Shown piece by piece: positions 36,345 to 49,190 of a stretch of 64,000 bases of DNA. Each line of letters starts with the position of its first letter. The stretch's first letter is position 1. The DNA lies in contig JBHGNT010000003.1 of the NCBI GenBank assembly GCA_043228905.1, positions 8,556,001-8,620,000 on the forward strand. Reading direction: 5' to 3'. The notes under the pieces were generated by a model, which saw only the letters and a program-made list of their open reading frames with translations, was not told the DNA's origin and did no database searches. The position numbers and the translations under genes were made by a program. This DNA comes from Azolla caroliniana (taxonomy: Eukaryota > Plantae > Polypodiophyta).

Positions 36345-37327
36345 TGTAAAAACAAAGGTGCGGAAGCGTTAGACAACTGGCTCAACCGGATAGCAACAGA
36401 GAGAGAGAGAGATTAATATGCAAGAGAGACAGAGAAAGAGCAGAACAACTTAAATCTATTATCAAAACAATAATAGTTCTCTGTAAAATTCTCTGTACAT
36501 ACTACGTGCTCAACAACACTATTTATACAAGTCCTAAGAGGATTGACAGAAGTATGGTGTACTTCAATGCTCACACGAGCGTCTGACACTAACTACAAGA
36601 CATTAACTACCTAGTAGTCTAGGCTGCTACTAGGCTTCCGGTTACTGCTGGATCCGGCTAACCGGCTCCCCAACTCATCGACTCACTTGCTCATTGGCAC
36701 ACCGATCCGGCTCATCCTTCCGGATGCCGATCCGGATCCGGTTGATCTTGTTGCTCAACACTCCCCCTCAAGCTCAACTTGAGGTCTAATCGTAGTGTTA
36801 GTCTCCATGGCAGCCTGTCCGTCCACCCGGCTCCTTCTGGCGTCACTCCGCGTCGCTCGTGCTCCTCGTCCGGTTCGGTCCCGTTTGCCGCGACCCTTCT
36901 GATTTTGCGCACCTCGATCTCCTCGGTTGGCTTGTCTGCACAATAGGCCCAATTTAGCTCCCTCGCTGCTGTGACTTTGGCGCTTGCCGATTCGCCGATT
37001 CCTTCGTGTTGGCCTCGACTTTCGCTGCCTTCTCGTCCTCTTGGCCTTGAATTGATCTGGTTCTTCTGAATCCGTTTGTTTAACCGAATCAACTGTTTCC
37101 GATTCGTTCTAGTTGTTGTCCGAATTAGTCGCTCCCGATTCGTCTTCCGGTTCCAGGCCCTTCACCACATCGGACCATGTCTGGGTCTTGGCCTTCTTCT
37201 TCCGGTCGGATCTGTCCTTCTTGACTCTGTTGCCACTACTGCTTGTTCCGACTTGTTCGGATGTGTCAACTTCCTTTGTCGACTCGGCTCCTTTCTTCTT
37301 CTTGTCTCTCCCTTTGTCGGTTCTTCC

Positions 37328-40300
37328 TGTTGAAGACAAGGCCGTCGATGCGGAAGATCTGATAGCATTCGATTCGTGTTGAATACCTGCGTATGACAGT
37401 CTCTAAGATCTTGTGCGACAGAGAGAGAGAGAGAGAGAGAGAGGAGGCACAAAAGACTCTTTCTATTCCATAGAAAACAATAATACAACCACCCTTACAA
37501 AGAGGTTACAAGGTCACTATATATAGTGACCGACTTAGGGCAACTACCATTTATGCTAATTACACAAATGGCCCAAACTTGATCTATACAAAGGGATAGT
37601 GTGAATACGTCCATTATACACTTGTATTCGACACTCCCCCGTAATGGGCGTATACATGGGTTATCTAAGATTACAGGTATAAACCTAGGTTCTCGGACAT
37701 ATCAGTTTTGTTCGAGTCGGCAGGGTCCGAAGGCAGAAGACCGAACTGGTCGGGTCGGAAGAGTTGAAGCCGATCATTAAGGAACTGATGTCGGTTGTCT
37801 GAAACCATCCTGCGCTGTGTCCGGCTCTAACCGGACTGGTTTGTTGTTACGCCCATCTGATGCCGAAGGGACCGAAAGCGGTCTGCCGAAAGACACTTGG
37901 TCATTCCATCTGCGACATTGTCGGTTGTGGATATTTTCTCTAGACCGATTTTCCCTGAAATGACGCAGTCCCGAACGAAGTGATATCGAACGTCGATATG
38001 TTTGGAGGCGTTGTGGTGAACCGGATTTCTCGACAAGGCAACAACACCTTGACTGTCGCTATAGACAACTGGAGCCGAGTCATGGTCGACTTGCCGAAAC
38101 GTATGCGCCAGCCGGCCGAGCCACAAAGCTTCTTTTGCAGCGTCGGACGCAGCTACATATTCTGCTTCGGTTGTTGAGGTCGTTGTGCACTCCTGAAGTT
38201 TCGACTTCCACGAAATTGCTCCATTGCCGAATTTGAAGCAGTATCCGGTTGTTGATTTCCGACTGTCTATACAGCCGGCGAAGTCCGAGTCGGTGTAACC
38301 GACTACGCCTGAGGTTGAGTTCGGACCGAAAAGAATGCCGTGGTCTTTTGTGCCGGCCAGATATTTGAACACATGCTTGACTGCGTTCCAATGCGATCGG
38401 CCAGGATTGTGCATAAATCTGCTAACGACTCCTACGACATGAGAAATATCAGGCCGTGTCGCGACCATCAGGTACATAAGGGAGCCGACTGCCGGTGCAT
38501 ACGGTACCGACTTCATATCTTCCCCCTCCGGACCGGATGTCGGGCAGTCTCGCTGAGAGAGCCGAAGATTCATGGGGAGCGGGGTTGAAGCAGATTTGGC
38601 TGATTGCATGTTGAAGCGTTCCAAGACACGTCCGATATAGTCGGTCTGAGACAAAAAAAGATGTCGTTTATCGCGATGCCGACTAATCTTCATGCCAAGT
38701 ATGTGTCGTGCCGGACCGAGGTCCTTCATGGCAAACTTCAACCGCAATTGCCGAATCAGATCGGTAAGTTCGCCCGCGTGGCGTCCAGAAATTAGCATGT
38801 CGTCCACGTAAATGATGAGGAAGATGGGTGATCCATCTTGAGCTGTGTTGGTAAAAAGACAATGGTCCTCATCGCTTTTTGAGAAGCCGATCGATTGGAT
38901 GAAGTCGTCGAACTTCTTGTACCATTGTCGCGGTGCCTGTTTGAGGCCGTATAGACTCTTCCTGAGTCGGCAAACTAGATGTTCTTGGCCAGTTGCCACG
39001 AAGCCTTTTGGCTGTTCCATATAAATTTCCTCTTCAAGATCACCATGGAGGAAGGCTGTTTTGACATCTAGCTGAATCAGCTCCAAGTTGTCGGCTGCCA
39101 CTACGCCGAGTAGAAAACGAAGGGTTGTCATTTTCACCACTGGTGAAAAAATCTCGTCGAAGTCGACGCCATATTCTTGTCGGAAGCCCTTCGCAACTAA
39201 TCTGGCCTTGTACTTTGGGGTGGTCGAATCAGACGTCTCTTTTAGTCGATAAACCCACTTGCAAGGAAGAGCACGTCGATTCTTAGGTAGTTCGACTAGA
39301 TCCCAGGTCTTGTTTGCCCGAATGGAGTGCATTTCCGACTCCATCGCCAGATGCCAGGTGGCTGAATCGACAGATGTCGATGCTTCTTCGTAAGACGTCG
39401 GTTCGCCGGCGTCGGTGAAGAAAATTCCAGGAGAATACCTCTCCGGAGGTTGCGACAGTCTCTCGGATCGTCGAGGTATGATTGGACTGGTCGCATCGGG
39501 TATCGAGGTCGGATGGTCCGAAAGCGAATTATTCTGTTGTGCCGAGTCGGAGTTGTTCGAGTCGGTGGTGTAAGGTTCAGCTACCCGTGAAGCTGACCGT
39601 GTGTTAAGAGCGGGGCCTTCTTGAAGGGTCGGCACATCGGAAAATGTTACCCTTCGGACTTCGATCAGTTTTTCGACTGATGGATTCATAGCCGACTTGT
39701 TGAACACAACGTCCGAACTTCGAACGATTTGTCTGCGTTCGGGGTCCCAGAGTGGGTATCCCATTTCGCCGTCGGATCCATATCCAAGGAAAATGCATTT
39801 CCTGGACCGAGGTGCAAGTTTTCGGCGATCATCTTTCGGAATAAGGGCGTACGCCTCGCATCCGAAGATCCTCAGTTTGTCGTAATTCGGCTTACTGCCG
39901 ATCCATAGTTCCTGAGGAATTTGAAGTCCTAGAGGTCTGCTTGGCGACATATTGATTATGTGTACTGCCGTGAGTAGAGCCTCTGCCCAGAAGCCATCCG
40001 ACAGTCCGGAGTGTTGGAGCATGGAAACTATCCGTTCTTGGATTGTCCGATTCATGCGTTCTGCAATCCCGTTTTGCTCCGGACTGTGTGGTGCCGTAAA
40101 TTCACGTCGGATGCCGCGTTGTCGGCAGAATTTGACGAATTCTTCTGATTTGAACTCTCCCCCATTGTCGGTCCGAAAGCATTTCAGTTTTCGGTCAGTT
40201 TGATTTTCTACCATAGCGAGCCAATCGGAGAAGATCAAGAAGACACGATCTTTGGTGCGAATTGGATAAGCCCACACCTTTCGAGTCGAATCGTCAATAA

Positions 40301-42642
40301 AACTGACGAAGTAAGAGGCACCGCCGAGAGACTGATGCGGCATTGGGCCACAGACGTCCGAGTGGACTAAATCGAGAGGTCTCGTTTCTCTTGGTGCTGA
40401 TGTCGGGTGTGATGCGGCTGCTTGTTTGCCATACTGGCAATGTTCGCAGAATTGATGGTCCGAGAAGGAGAGTTTAGGGATGTATCCGGCTCTAGATAGG
40501 TGCGTAATGCCGGCCTTGCTGAGGTGTCCTAATCTTCTGTGCCATAGTGATGACACAGGAATATCCACCAAAAACAGGTTACCCTCTCTGAGCGTAACGT
40601 GCAACGGATACAGTGAGTGTATCTTGGGTCCTCTAGCAAGCAGGAGGTTCCCCCTGTGGAGTGTCCACCCTCCCGAAGAAAAACCGGCACGAATGCCGTC
40701 TTCATCTAGTTGTCCGACTGAGATCAATGGCCTTGAGAGCTCGGGTACATGTCGGACATTGTGAAGTACAAGTGTAGAGCCACCTGCAAGGTTGAGCTCT
40801 ACTGTGCCGATTCCAATGATGTCACAGTGTTGCGAGTTGCCGACTCGAACTGAGTCGGAGTGACGGATCGTATATTGCCGAAATTGGGATCGATGAGGAG
40901 TCACGTGAAATGACGCGCCTGAATCTAAGAGCCATGTGCTCGATTCTTCAGTCGTGAGCAGAACTTCTGATCCGACTGGATTTTCGATTGATAGTATATT
41001 CGGGTCGTTTGGTAGCACATTAGCTGAGAAGCTGACGTAATTGATCTCCTCATGCCGGCCACTCTTCTTGTCTGATTTCTGAGACTTGTCGTTCTTGTTC
41101 TTGAGTGCGCGGCAGTCGGCTTTGATGTGTCCGGGTTTCTTGCAATAGTTGCAGATTCGATTATCCCGTGACTGGCTCCGTCTTCGCTGATTGTTCGGCT
41201 GCCGTGAGGAATCTCTTCCTCGTATGTTTGATCGGTCTGTCGAACCTTGTACTACATAAGCGTCGTCTGTTGAGTCTTTGGCGAAAGACTTTCTCCGAGC
41301 TGCTTCGGTCAGGATTGCGCTCGTGACTTCGGAGTATTTAACAGCCGTGGTTGACGCGTTGCACACGGTTGTGACGAAAGTTTCCCATGATGAGGGAAGG
41401 CTGCTCATGAGTATCATTGCTCTGAGTTCATCCTCGATTGCCGTCCCCTGAGATGAGATTTGGGAGCTTATGCTTTCGTACTCATTGAGATGTGCTTGAA
41501 CCGAATCTGATTCTTTCATCCGCAAGTTGTAGAGGCGCCGGATCAGAAACATCTTTGTTGCAGGGACCTTCTTTTCGTAAGTGTCCGACAGTGTTTTCCA
41601 CAGTTCGAATGCTGTCGTACACGATTGCACCGTAAAGTATACCGATTCCGATAGGTGCATCCGAATCGTGGCGCGGACGATTCTGTCCAGCTTCTGCCAC
41701 TCAATTGGTTTGTATCCTTCTGGAGGTTCTTCATTTTCGATGGGATCGATTTGCCCCTTGACTATGAGATAGTCCTGCATTTGCTCCTTCCAGAAGTTGA
41801 AGTTCGATCCATCGAACTTTCGTAGACTCATTTCTGACGAGCCGGATGTTGATGCCATCAAATTTGGTTTCGGTTGACGAAGCTCGGTTCGGAGTTGACT
41901 AGGAACCTTGTTGGAGTGCAGCCGGTTGGCTCACCCGATATCGTTCTAGTCAGATTTGAACCCGAGTCGGTTCGGCTTCGGATATATGTATTGTTGAACT
42001 TGCTCGAATTGATTCCGGTAACTTGAGGGACAGAACCGACTGGTCTTCCCGAATGTTGCCGAGTCGGAGTGAGCCCGGTTCGCTTCCGAATATATATGCC
42101 AAATACCGATTATTGAAACCGATTGTCTGGACCGATTCTGCTTCGGGTGACTGCAGCGACGAGAGAGACGGATCCAACTGATCCTCCCGAATGTCGATCA
42201 GCCGGATGAAGCACGAATTTGGGTTGTTGTCTTGAGACCGATCTGCACCGAGTGGTTACAATGAGCGGCAAGCAGCGTTTGATGACCTCTTCGGATGCCG
42301 TTTAACCGAGTGGAGCACGATCGTGTCAATGTTGCACAAGGGGATTTCACCTCAAGCGGTTACGATCACAAGGAACAGAGTACAACCGGCTGGCTTACTC
42401 CAAGCGAAGATGATCTAACGCGATGAGATGCAAGCCTCGTTTTTCTTCTTCTTCTCTCTTCTTCGAATGACGCAAGAAACCGAATGCTGTGCAGGCTGAG
42501 ACGACGGCCGACAGCGGGTTGAAGGACCGAATACTGTGCAGGCTCTGATACCAAATGTTGAAGACAAGGCCGTCGATGCGGAAGATCTGATAGCATTCGA
42601 TTCGTGTTGAATACCTGCGTATGACAGTCTCTAAGATCTTGT

Positions 42643-42680
<38 letters not shown>

Positions 42681-42867
42681 GCACAAAAGACTCTTTCTAT
42701 TCCATAGAAAACAATAATACAACCACCCTTACAAAGAGGTTACAAGGTCACTATATATAGTGACCGACTTAGGGCAACTACCATTTATGCTAATTACACA
42801 AATGGCCCAAACTTGATCTATACAAAGGGATAGTGTGAATACGTCCATTATACACTTGTATTCGACA
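37328..42867 (-). mobile_element. Element I: intact, very recent Ty1/Copia (Tnt1/Tork-like)
   Basis: LTRs 37328-37633 and 42556-42867, apparently identical except for (GA)n length; TSD CTTCC; iMet PBS 42542-42553; PPT next to 37634. Confidence 0.97.
37827..41861 (-). CDS. Intact Copia Gag-Pol polyprotein, 1344 aa
   Basis: [112 protein letters not shown]. Confidence 0.97.
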   Translation of the reverse strand: MMASTSGSSEMSLRKFDGSNFNFWKEQMQDYLIVKGQIDPIENEEPPEGYKPIEWQKLDRIVRATIRMHLSESVYFTVQSCTTAFELWKTLSDTYEKKVPATKMFLIRRLYNLRMKESDSVQAHLNEYESISSQISSQGTAIEDELRAMILMSSLPSSWETFVTTVCNASTTAVKYSEVTSAILTEAARRKSFAKDSTDDAYVVQGSTDRSNIRGRDSSRQPNNQRRRSQSRDNRICNYCKKPGHIKADCRALKNKNDKSQKSDKKSGRHEEINYVSFSANVLPNDPNILSIENPVGSEVLLTTEESSTWLLDSGASFHVTPHRSQFRQYTIRHSDSVRVGNSQHCDIIGIGTVELNLAGGSTLVLHNVRHVPELSRPLISVGQLDEDGIRAGFSSGGWTLHRGNLLLARGPKIHSLYPLHVTLREGNLFLVDIPVSSLWHRRLGHLSKAGITHLSRAGYIPKLSFSDHQFCEHCQYGKQAAASHPTSAPRETRPLDLVHSDVCGPMPHQSLGGASYFVSFIDDSTRKVWAYPIRTKDRVFLIFSDWLAMVENQTDRKLKCFRTDNGGEFKSEEFVKFCRQRGIRREFTAPHSPEQNGIAERMNRTIQERIVSMLQHSGLSDGFWAEALLTAVHIINMSPSRPLGLQIPQELWIGSKPNYDKLRIFGCEAYALIPKDDRRKLAPRSRKCIFLGYGSDGEMGYPLWDPERRQIVRSSDVVFNKSAMNPSVEKLIEVRRVTFSDVPTLQEGPALNTRSASRVAEPYTTDSNNSDSAQQNNSLSDHPTSIPDATSPIIPRRSERLSQPPERYSPGIFFTDAGEPTSYEEASTSVDSATWHLAMESEMHSIRANKTWDLVELPKNRRALPCKWVYRLKETSDSTTPKYKARLVAKGFRQEYGVDFDEIFSPVVKMTTLRFLLGVVAADNLELIQLDVKTAFLHGDLEEEIYMEQPKGFVATGQEHLVCRLRKSLYGLKQAPRQWYKKFDDFIQSIGFSKSDEDHCLFTNTAQDGSPIFLIIYVDDMLISGRHAGELTDLIRQLRLKFAMKDLGPARHILGMKISRHRDKRHLFLSQTDYIGRVLERFNMQSAKSASTPLPMNLRLSQRDCPTSGPEGEDMKSVPYAPAVGSLMYLMVATRPDISHVVGVVSRFMHNPGRSHWNAVKHVFKYLAGTKDHGILFGPNSTSGVVGYTDSDFAGCIDSRKSTTGYCFKFGNGAISWKSKLQECTTTSTTEAEYVAASDAAKEALWLGRLAHTFRQVDHDSAPVVYSDSQGVVALSRNPVHHNASKHIDVRYHFVRDCVISGKIGLEKISTTDNVADGMTKCLSADRFRSLRHQMGVTTNQSG

Positions 42868-43688
42868 CTTCCCTCACCGGCGTAATCGGCAGTTTCTTTG
42901 CTTTTGCCCGTTCCGGTGTCTTTGCTTGTTCTCCCCCTCAAGTGTGGCACGTTGAGATGCTAAACACCAAGCATTTCGGTGAAGTGCTACAACTTGTCCG
43001 ATCCGAGCGGTTTGGTGAAAATGTCGACAACTTGCCGATTCGTATGAACATACCGAAGTTTGACTTCACCACTCAGCACACGCTCATGCACGAAGTGGTA
43101 GTGCACTTCTATGTGCTTTGTGCAAGCATGGAATATGGGGTTCTTGGTGAGCTGCGTGCTGCTTATGTTGTCACATTAGATCAGGGTCGGGGTCGGCACC
43201 TCGATCCGCAGGTCTTGTAGCAGTCGCCAAAGCCAAATGGTTTCACAGGTGGCAACGGTAGCGCCTTGGTATTCAGCCTTAGTGCTTGAAAGGGCCACTG
43301 TTGGCTGCTTTTTGCTGCTCCATGCAACAACTGCGCTACCAAGGGAAAACAGATAGTCGGAGGTGGATCCGCGATCCGATGCATCGCCGGCCCAGTCGGC
43401 ATCGGTGTAGTCGGCTAGCTCTTCGGTTATACCATGCCGGTATAACAGTCCCCGGTCCTTTGTGCCGCTCACATATCGCAATATCCGATGTGTGCATTGA
43501 AGGTGTTCCACGGTTGGCTTCTGCATGAATTGGCTGATCACTCCGACCAGATAACTGATGTTGGGTTGGGTGATTGTCAAATATATAAGGCTTCCGACGA
43601 TTTGTTGGAACCTTATCACTTCATTCTTCTCTTCTTGTGATCTCTTTCCATCATTCTTCCGCCACTCTATCTTTTCTCTTGGTTCTGA

Positions 43689-44789
43689 TACCATTTTGTC
43701 CGTGAGCAGGTCCTTTCAGGTGAAGTCGAACTCGTGTATGTTACGACGGATCGGCATGTTGCCGACATCTTCACCAACCCTCTTGGTCTCGACAAGTTAC
43801 GACATTTCTCGGGTGAGCTAGGGCCATGTCACCTTGGCACACTGAACTTGAGGGGGACAAAGGAAGAACAAGAACAAGAGCGTGAAAGGAGCGGAGGTGT
43901 TGATCATGGCGGAAGTGACCGTGATGAGGAATCGAACGAAGCATTCGATTTTGAACCGGCTGAAGAAGCCGAAGAAAGAAGCAAGGGCCGTAATCGTAGG
44001 AAAGAGTCAAAGACAGCCGAATTAGGGGGAGATAAGGCCAAGACGAAGACGTGGTCGGAAGTTGTCAAAGTCCTGAAGACTGAAGACGAATTGGAGACAA
44101 CCAATTTGGATGAAAGAGGAATTGAATCAGAAATGTTCGATTCAATCGAAATGTTCGATTCGGTTATTACGAATCGACTGAGGGCCTAGCGGAGAAAAGG
44201 GCAACGAAGGACGTGCCAACACCGTGACAGTAAGGGAGCTGAGAAGGGTCGAATGAGCAGACAAGCCGATCGGAAGGGTCGAAGGGCGCGGAATCGAACG
44301 GGTCGGGGAGCGCGAGGGAGGCGTGAAGCTAGAATGAACTAGAGCATAGATCCGGAAGAGCGGAAGGAAACTCAAGTTGAGCTTGAAGGGGAGTGTTGAG
44401 AGACAAGCTCAACATTCGGTGCGTAAATTGGGTGCGTAGAACCGTGCGCACAATAGGTTGTAGCGGTGCGTAAACCGAGAGGCCGTTAGGAAGTTATTCC
44501 TCGTAAGGAATAATTTTGGGAGTATGTGTAGTCGGCTCATTTATGAGTAGTCAAGTATTGTCAGTACTTGTGTTAGCCCAACTGTTAGGGCTTGTACAAA
44601 ATGTGCTCACTGAGCACAAAGCATGTACAGAGCGTCATTATTTTGAAATAGAATTGAGTTGTCTGCTCTCTCTCTCTCTCTCTCCCTCTCCCTCTCCATC
44701 TCTACATTTTTTGTGTTTTACCAAATTGTCGTTCTCCGAACTGTGTACTCTGTGTTTCGCATATGCTTCCGCACACGTATTCTTTTTCA
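43689..44789 (+). mobile_element. Element L: 3' end of a divergent D-related Copia (RNase H end, extension, PPT, LTR)
   Basis: YHFVREQVLSGEVELVYVTTDRHVADIFT; PPT GAAGGGGAG; LTR 44394-44789 (TG...CA); abuts the K protease. Confidence 0.8.
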
Positions 44790-47700
44790 GCCCATAAATA
44801 CAAATCATGGGTGGAAGATCCGTGCTGCTATGAAAGCTACCGAAGACTTGTATGGGGCATGTCCTAACATCCCCATCACGATTGGTGATCTCAAGATAGA
44901 TCAACATTTTTTTGTTCAAGACTCGACATCCCATCCCATCATTCTTGGGCAACCATACATAACATCATCACGGATGGAAACCAAAGTGTTCAACAGTGGT
45001 GCAACATTTGCTCGAGTAGGGAGTCTTGATGGGAAGAAGGCCGTACAATTCTTGATTGTACGTGCCAACCATGAAAGGAATTGGGATTGTCTCAGAGAAG
45101 ATGTTTCGGATTTTTAGAGTGGACTATTGAAGCATGGGGCACAAATAGTCTGAGCAATCACAAGTCCCCACAAGAAAGTAGAGCGCTTGGATTGCAAGGA
45201 GAAGCAACATGTGTCACACCTAGTGGCGCATGTAAACTAGTACTACCCAACAAAAAGGTCAAGCGTCAGATACAAGACCTTGAGAAGATGCTGAAAGAAG
45301 AAAACATAATAGAAGAAGAAGAATTCGTGACTCATATTATGGAAGAAGCCTCATTTAACGACACCATCGGCGAAATCGAGGAAGTTGTGGACTTGAGTTA
45401 TCTTCACAATCAACATGTGATTTCGGTTAACTTCGTCAACATGTACGCTATCATCGATGAATACCATCGACACATCTTGATGGAGGAAGCTGAAGTCAAC
45501 ACAAAATATAAAACGGTGGATAGAAAGATCAAGCCAGTTACAGTTCCGCTACCAAAACATAGCTAGCAAAAGATGAAGGAAGTCACTAATGATCCAAGCT
45601 TAAGGGATCCAAAGGCAATAGGTCATGTCTTCATCGAATGCTCCTTATTCAAATAGGTGGTTCACGGTGTTGAAGAAGAATGGATCATTGCAATTCATCC
45701 AAGATCTTCAGCCCGTCAACAAGGTGACAATTCGGAATGCTGGAATCGGTCCGAGTTTGGATGAATTTGCCGAAGCGTTTGCGGGTCGGTCTATCTCCTC
45801 CATTGGCGATCTCTACTCTCGATACAATCAATTCTAGTTGGCGGTCGACAGTCTTGACATTACAACTATGAGGACTCCGATTGGGCTTGTGCGGATGTGT
45901 ACCTTACCTCAAGGTGCAACGATCTCGGTGGCTCATATAGTGAATGCCATGAACAAGGTCTTGAAGGATTGTATCGCGGGCATCACGATGCCATTCTTGG
46001 ATGATATTCCGATAAAAGGGTATTTGGATGAGAAGAAGGATGAATCGAAAGATAAGGAGGAGTGTAGAAAGTTCGTTGTGGATCATATGAAAGATTGCGA
46101 AAAGGTGCTCCAAAGGCTCGAAGATGCAAATTTGACATTTTCAGGAGAAAAATCCGCATTTAGGCAACCAGAGATGTTGGTGGTAGGTCACTTATGTGGA
46201 GCATACAACCGGAAGCCTTTGCCATCCAAGGTGAACGCGATCCAGGACATGAAAGAAGAATGCGTAAACCAAACGGAGGTTCGAAGATTCCTCGGAGCAT
46301 GCACGTTTTATCATATCTGGAATCCGCACTACGCTCATGTCGCCAAGCCATTATATGGATTGCTAAAGAAAAGAATGAAGTTCGAATAGCGAGACGAGCA
46401 TACAAACGCAATGCGAAGATTGAAGAAACTACTTCTTGGAGCTCCAGCACTAAGGAAGGCCGACTATACCGAAGGAAAGCCAATTTATGTGACTATAGAT
46501 ACGAGCCCAACCGGAATCGGGTGGGTCATTAACCAAGAAGGAGAAGATAATGTGCGGTATGCCATCCGGTTTGGAGCAAAGGTTCTCAGCGAACGACAAC
46601 AAAGATACGTCCAAGTCAAGTGAGAACTTTGGGGTATTGTGTTTGCAGTGAAGGTGGACAAAGACTACCTAATCGGGTTAGAAGTGATAATTGAGATAGA
46701 TTGTCTCCCAATCCTCAGGATGATCTCAGGATGTGCGACACCAGAGCTAGCAATGCTAAGGTGGATCACCTATATCAAGTCTTTAAACCCAGAGATCCCC
46801 CACATTGCAGGGAAGAAGAACGCCATGGCTGACATGTTGTCGAGGGCAAGATTTGAGAACGAAATTGACATGGTTTCGGAAGCACGCTAACATTCCATGC
46901 CTTCAACGAGGACGAGTACGAAGGAGAGTGGTTACTGATCGGCAGATCCTTAAGAACAATAACGGTGGATGCTTCGTTGTCGAAGGAGGAGGCTCTACGA
47001 ATTCGGAAGAAAGCTTACCAATACTTCCTAATGGGAGGATTCCTCTGGCGACACCCAGAAAGAAGGACAGGAATGCCATGTCGAGTGGTGGTGAAGAAAG
47101 AAGAGCACGTGACGCTGATGACTGAATTCCACGAGAGTCCTTGGGCAGGTCATAGAGGAACATTGGCGACGTTCGAAAAGTTGAAGGAGAAGTACTGGTG
47201 GCCAAGTATGTACAAAGATGTACTCCATTTCGTGTCCACATGTGAAACTTGCCAAGTACATTTGAACATATGTCATCGTGATGAGTTGCAGCCAACATAC
47301 CCGCTCACCATACACTTCAAATGGATGGTGGATCTGGTCTCAATGCCAATGGGAGTGGGACAAATGAAATACTTAGTTCTGGCAAGAGAAGACTTAACAA
47401 ATCAAGTGGAAGGACGGGCCTTGACAAATAAGACGACGTCAGCTGTTTGCAAATTTCTACTCGAAGAGGTGGTTTGCCGAAACGGATGTGTGGGAAAGAT
47501 AGTCGCCTACCGAGGGGAGTTGGATGCACGCGAAGCAACCGAGCTCTTCGAACGACTAGGCGTGAAGCTCTCCCTCACGACTACCTACAATACAGAAGCG
47601 AATGGGAAGATCGAGCGAGGGCATGGACCAATTGTCAAAGCCATCGTACGAGCATGCAACGGTCGAGTTGGGAACTGGCCCTATGCCTTGTGGGCCGACA

Positions 47701-49190
47701 GAACTACACACAATTCAATGACAGGGTATATGCCGACAAAGCTTATGTATGGACAGAAGCTGGTAATGCCCATCGAAAGGATGATCACCTCATGGGTGGT
47801 GATACCATGGGAGAATGAGATGAGCCGAGAAGAATTATTAGCGGCACGGATAAGGCAGCTTGAAAGAAGGCCTGAAGATTTAGAAAATGCGTGAATGATA
47901 ATGGAGGTAGCCCGAGTGAAGAACAAGATTCGGTTCAAGAGGACACATCAACTACGTCCCAAGAAGATCGAAGAAGGAGATTGGGTATTGGTCTACGATA
48001 GCAGCCTTGACAGTCAACTCAGGACAACAAGAAAGTTCGCAAGAAGATGGTTCAGACCGTATGTGGTGACTAGTGCCAATGACAATGCCACATACCACCT
48101 TGTGGAGCTAGATGGATCAAGGTTGTCCATACCCATTGCGGGAAAAAGAGTAAAGATTTTCAAGAAAAGACAAGACGAGAATTCTGACCTCGATCACCTC
48201 GACGATGAAGGTAGTAGGATTGAACCGACAGACTTGAGTTATGTGAACGAGCACATGGAGGAATTTGATTAATCACCGTAGCTGAAATCTCACACTCTCT
48301 CTTCTTGGCACATTGTCGTGCCTTTCGGCGCCAGATCGTTGCGTGAGTCGGGTGGGAACCACTGAGGTTTTGGACTAGGAGAAAAAGAATTTGAGACAAG
48401 TTTAGTTATGAATAGATTATAAGAAAGAGATATAGAAATTTCGTGAATCTCACGAGTGTATTGTATTCGATTAATCAATATTTAGATAAGAATATGTATT
48501 TAGATTGAAAGAAAGAGATTAAAAAGAACTTGTGAATCCCACAAGTATAGATTATGTCGTGAATCCCACGAATATATTTTATTAATTGGTCAATCCTCCA
48601 AAAATAATCAACCCCTATTACATTGTGCTCCTCATCCTTATATAGTGATAAGAGAGTCTTAACAATCCATACTTTTTCTATAGATAGACTATATTCTTTA
48701 TCTAAAGTGATCATGCTTTTTCTAACTTGTGCGTTATTATTATTATTATTATCGACTATAGCGTTCATGCACGCTAGATGTGCATGCGTAACTTTTTCTT
48801 TTTTTTATGCGTTTTTCTTTCAACTAAAGTTTATCCTAGGTGAACTTACATTTGTATGTGGGACATCTACTTTTTAATACTAATGAAATGGTAAGGTTTC
48901 ACATTATTAACATGGAGGTAAAAGGTTCGAATATTGCCCTATGCATGTAATATATATTTTTATACTTTCTTCTATTTACAAATATGTCTCTTCATCCGGT
49001 GAGAAACTCTCACCGGCCTTCTTCATCCGGTTCTCACCGGGTCCTCCTTACCAGTTCCTCCTTACCGGTTTCTCCTTGCCGATTCCTCCTTGATCCGATT
49101 CCTTCCGGTTATCCTTACCGGGTCCTCCTTACTGGTTCCTCCTTGCCGATTCCTCTTTCATCCGATTCCTTCCGGTTACCCTTTTCATGT

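Larger units (their letters stand above)
36345..43610 (-). mobile_element. Element H: 3' part of a D-family Copia, interrupted by element I
   Basis: 3' LTR 36345-36760 homologous to the D LTR; PPT at 36761; extension 36761-37327 continues at 42873; RT end / RNase H in ORF 43176..43694. Confidence 0.88.
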
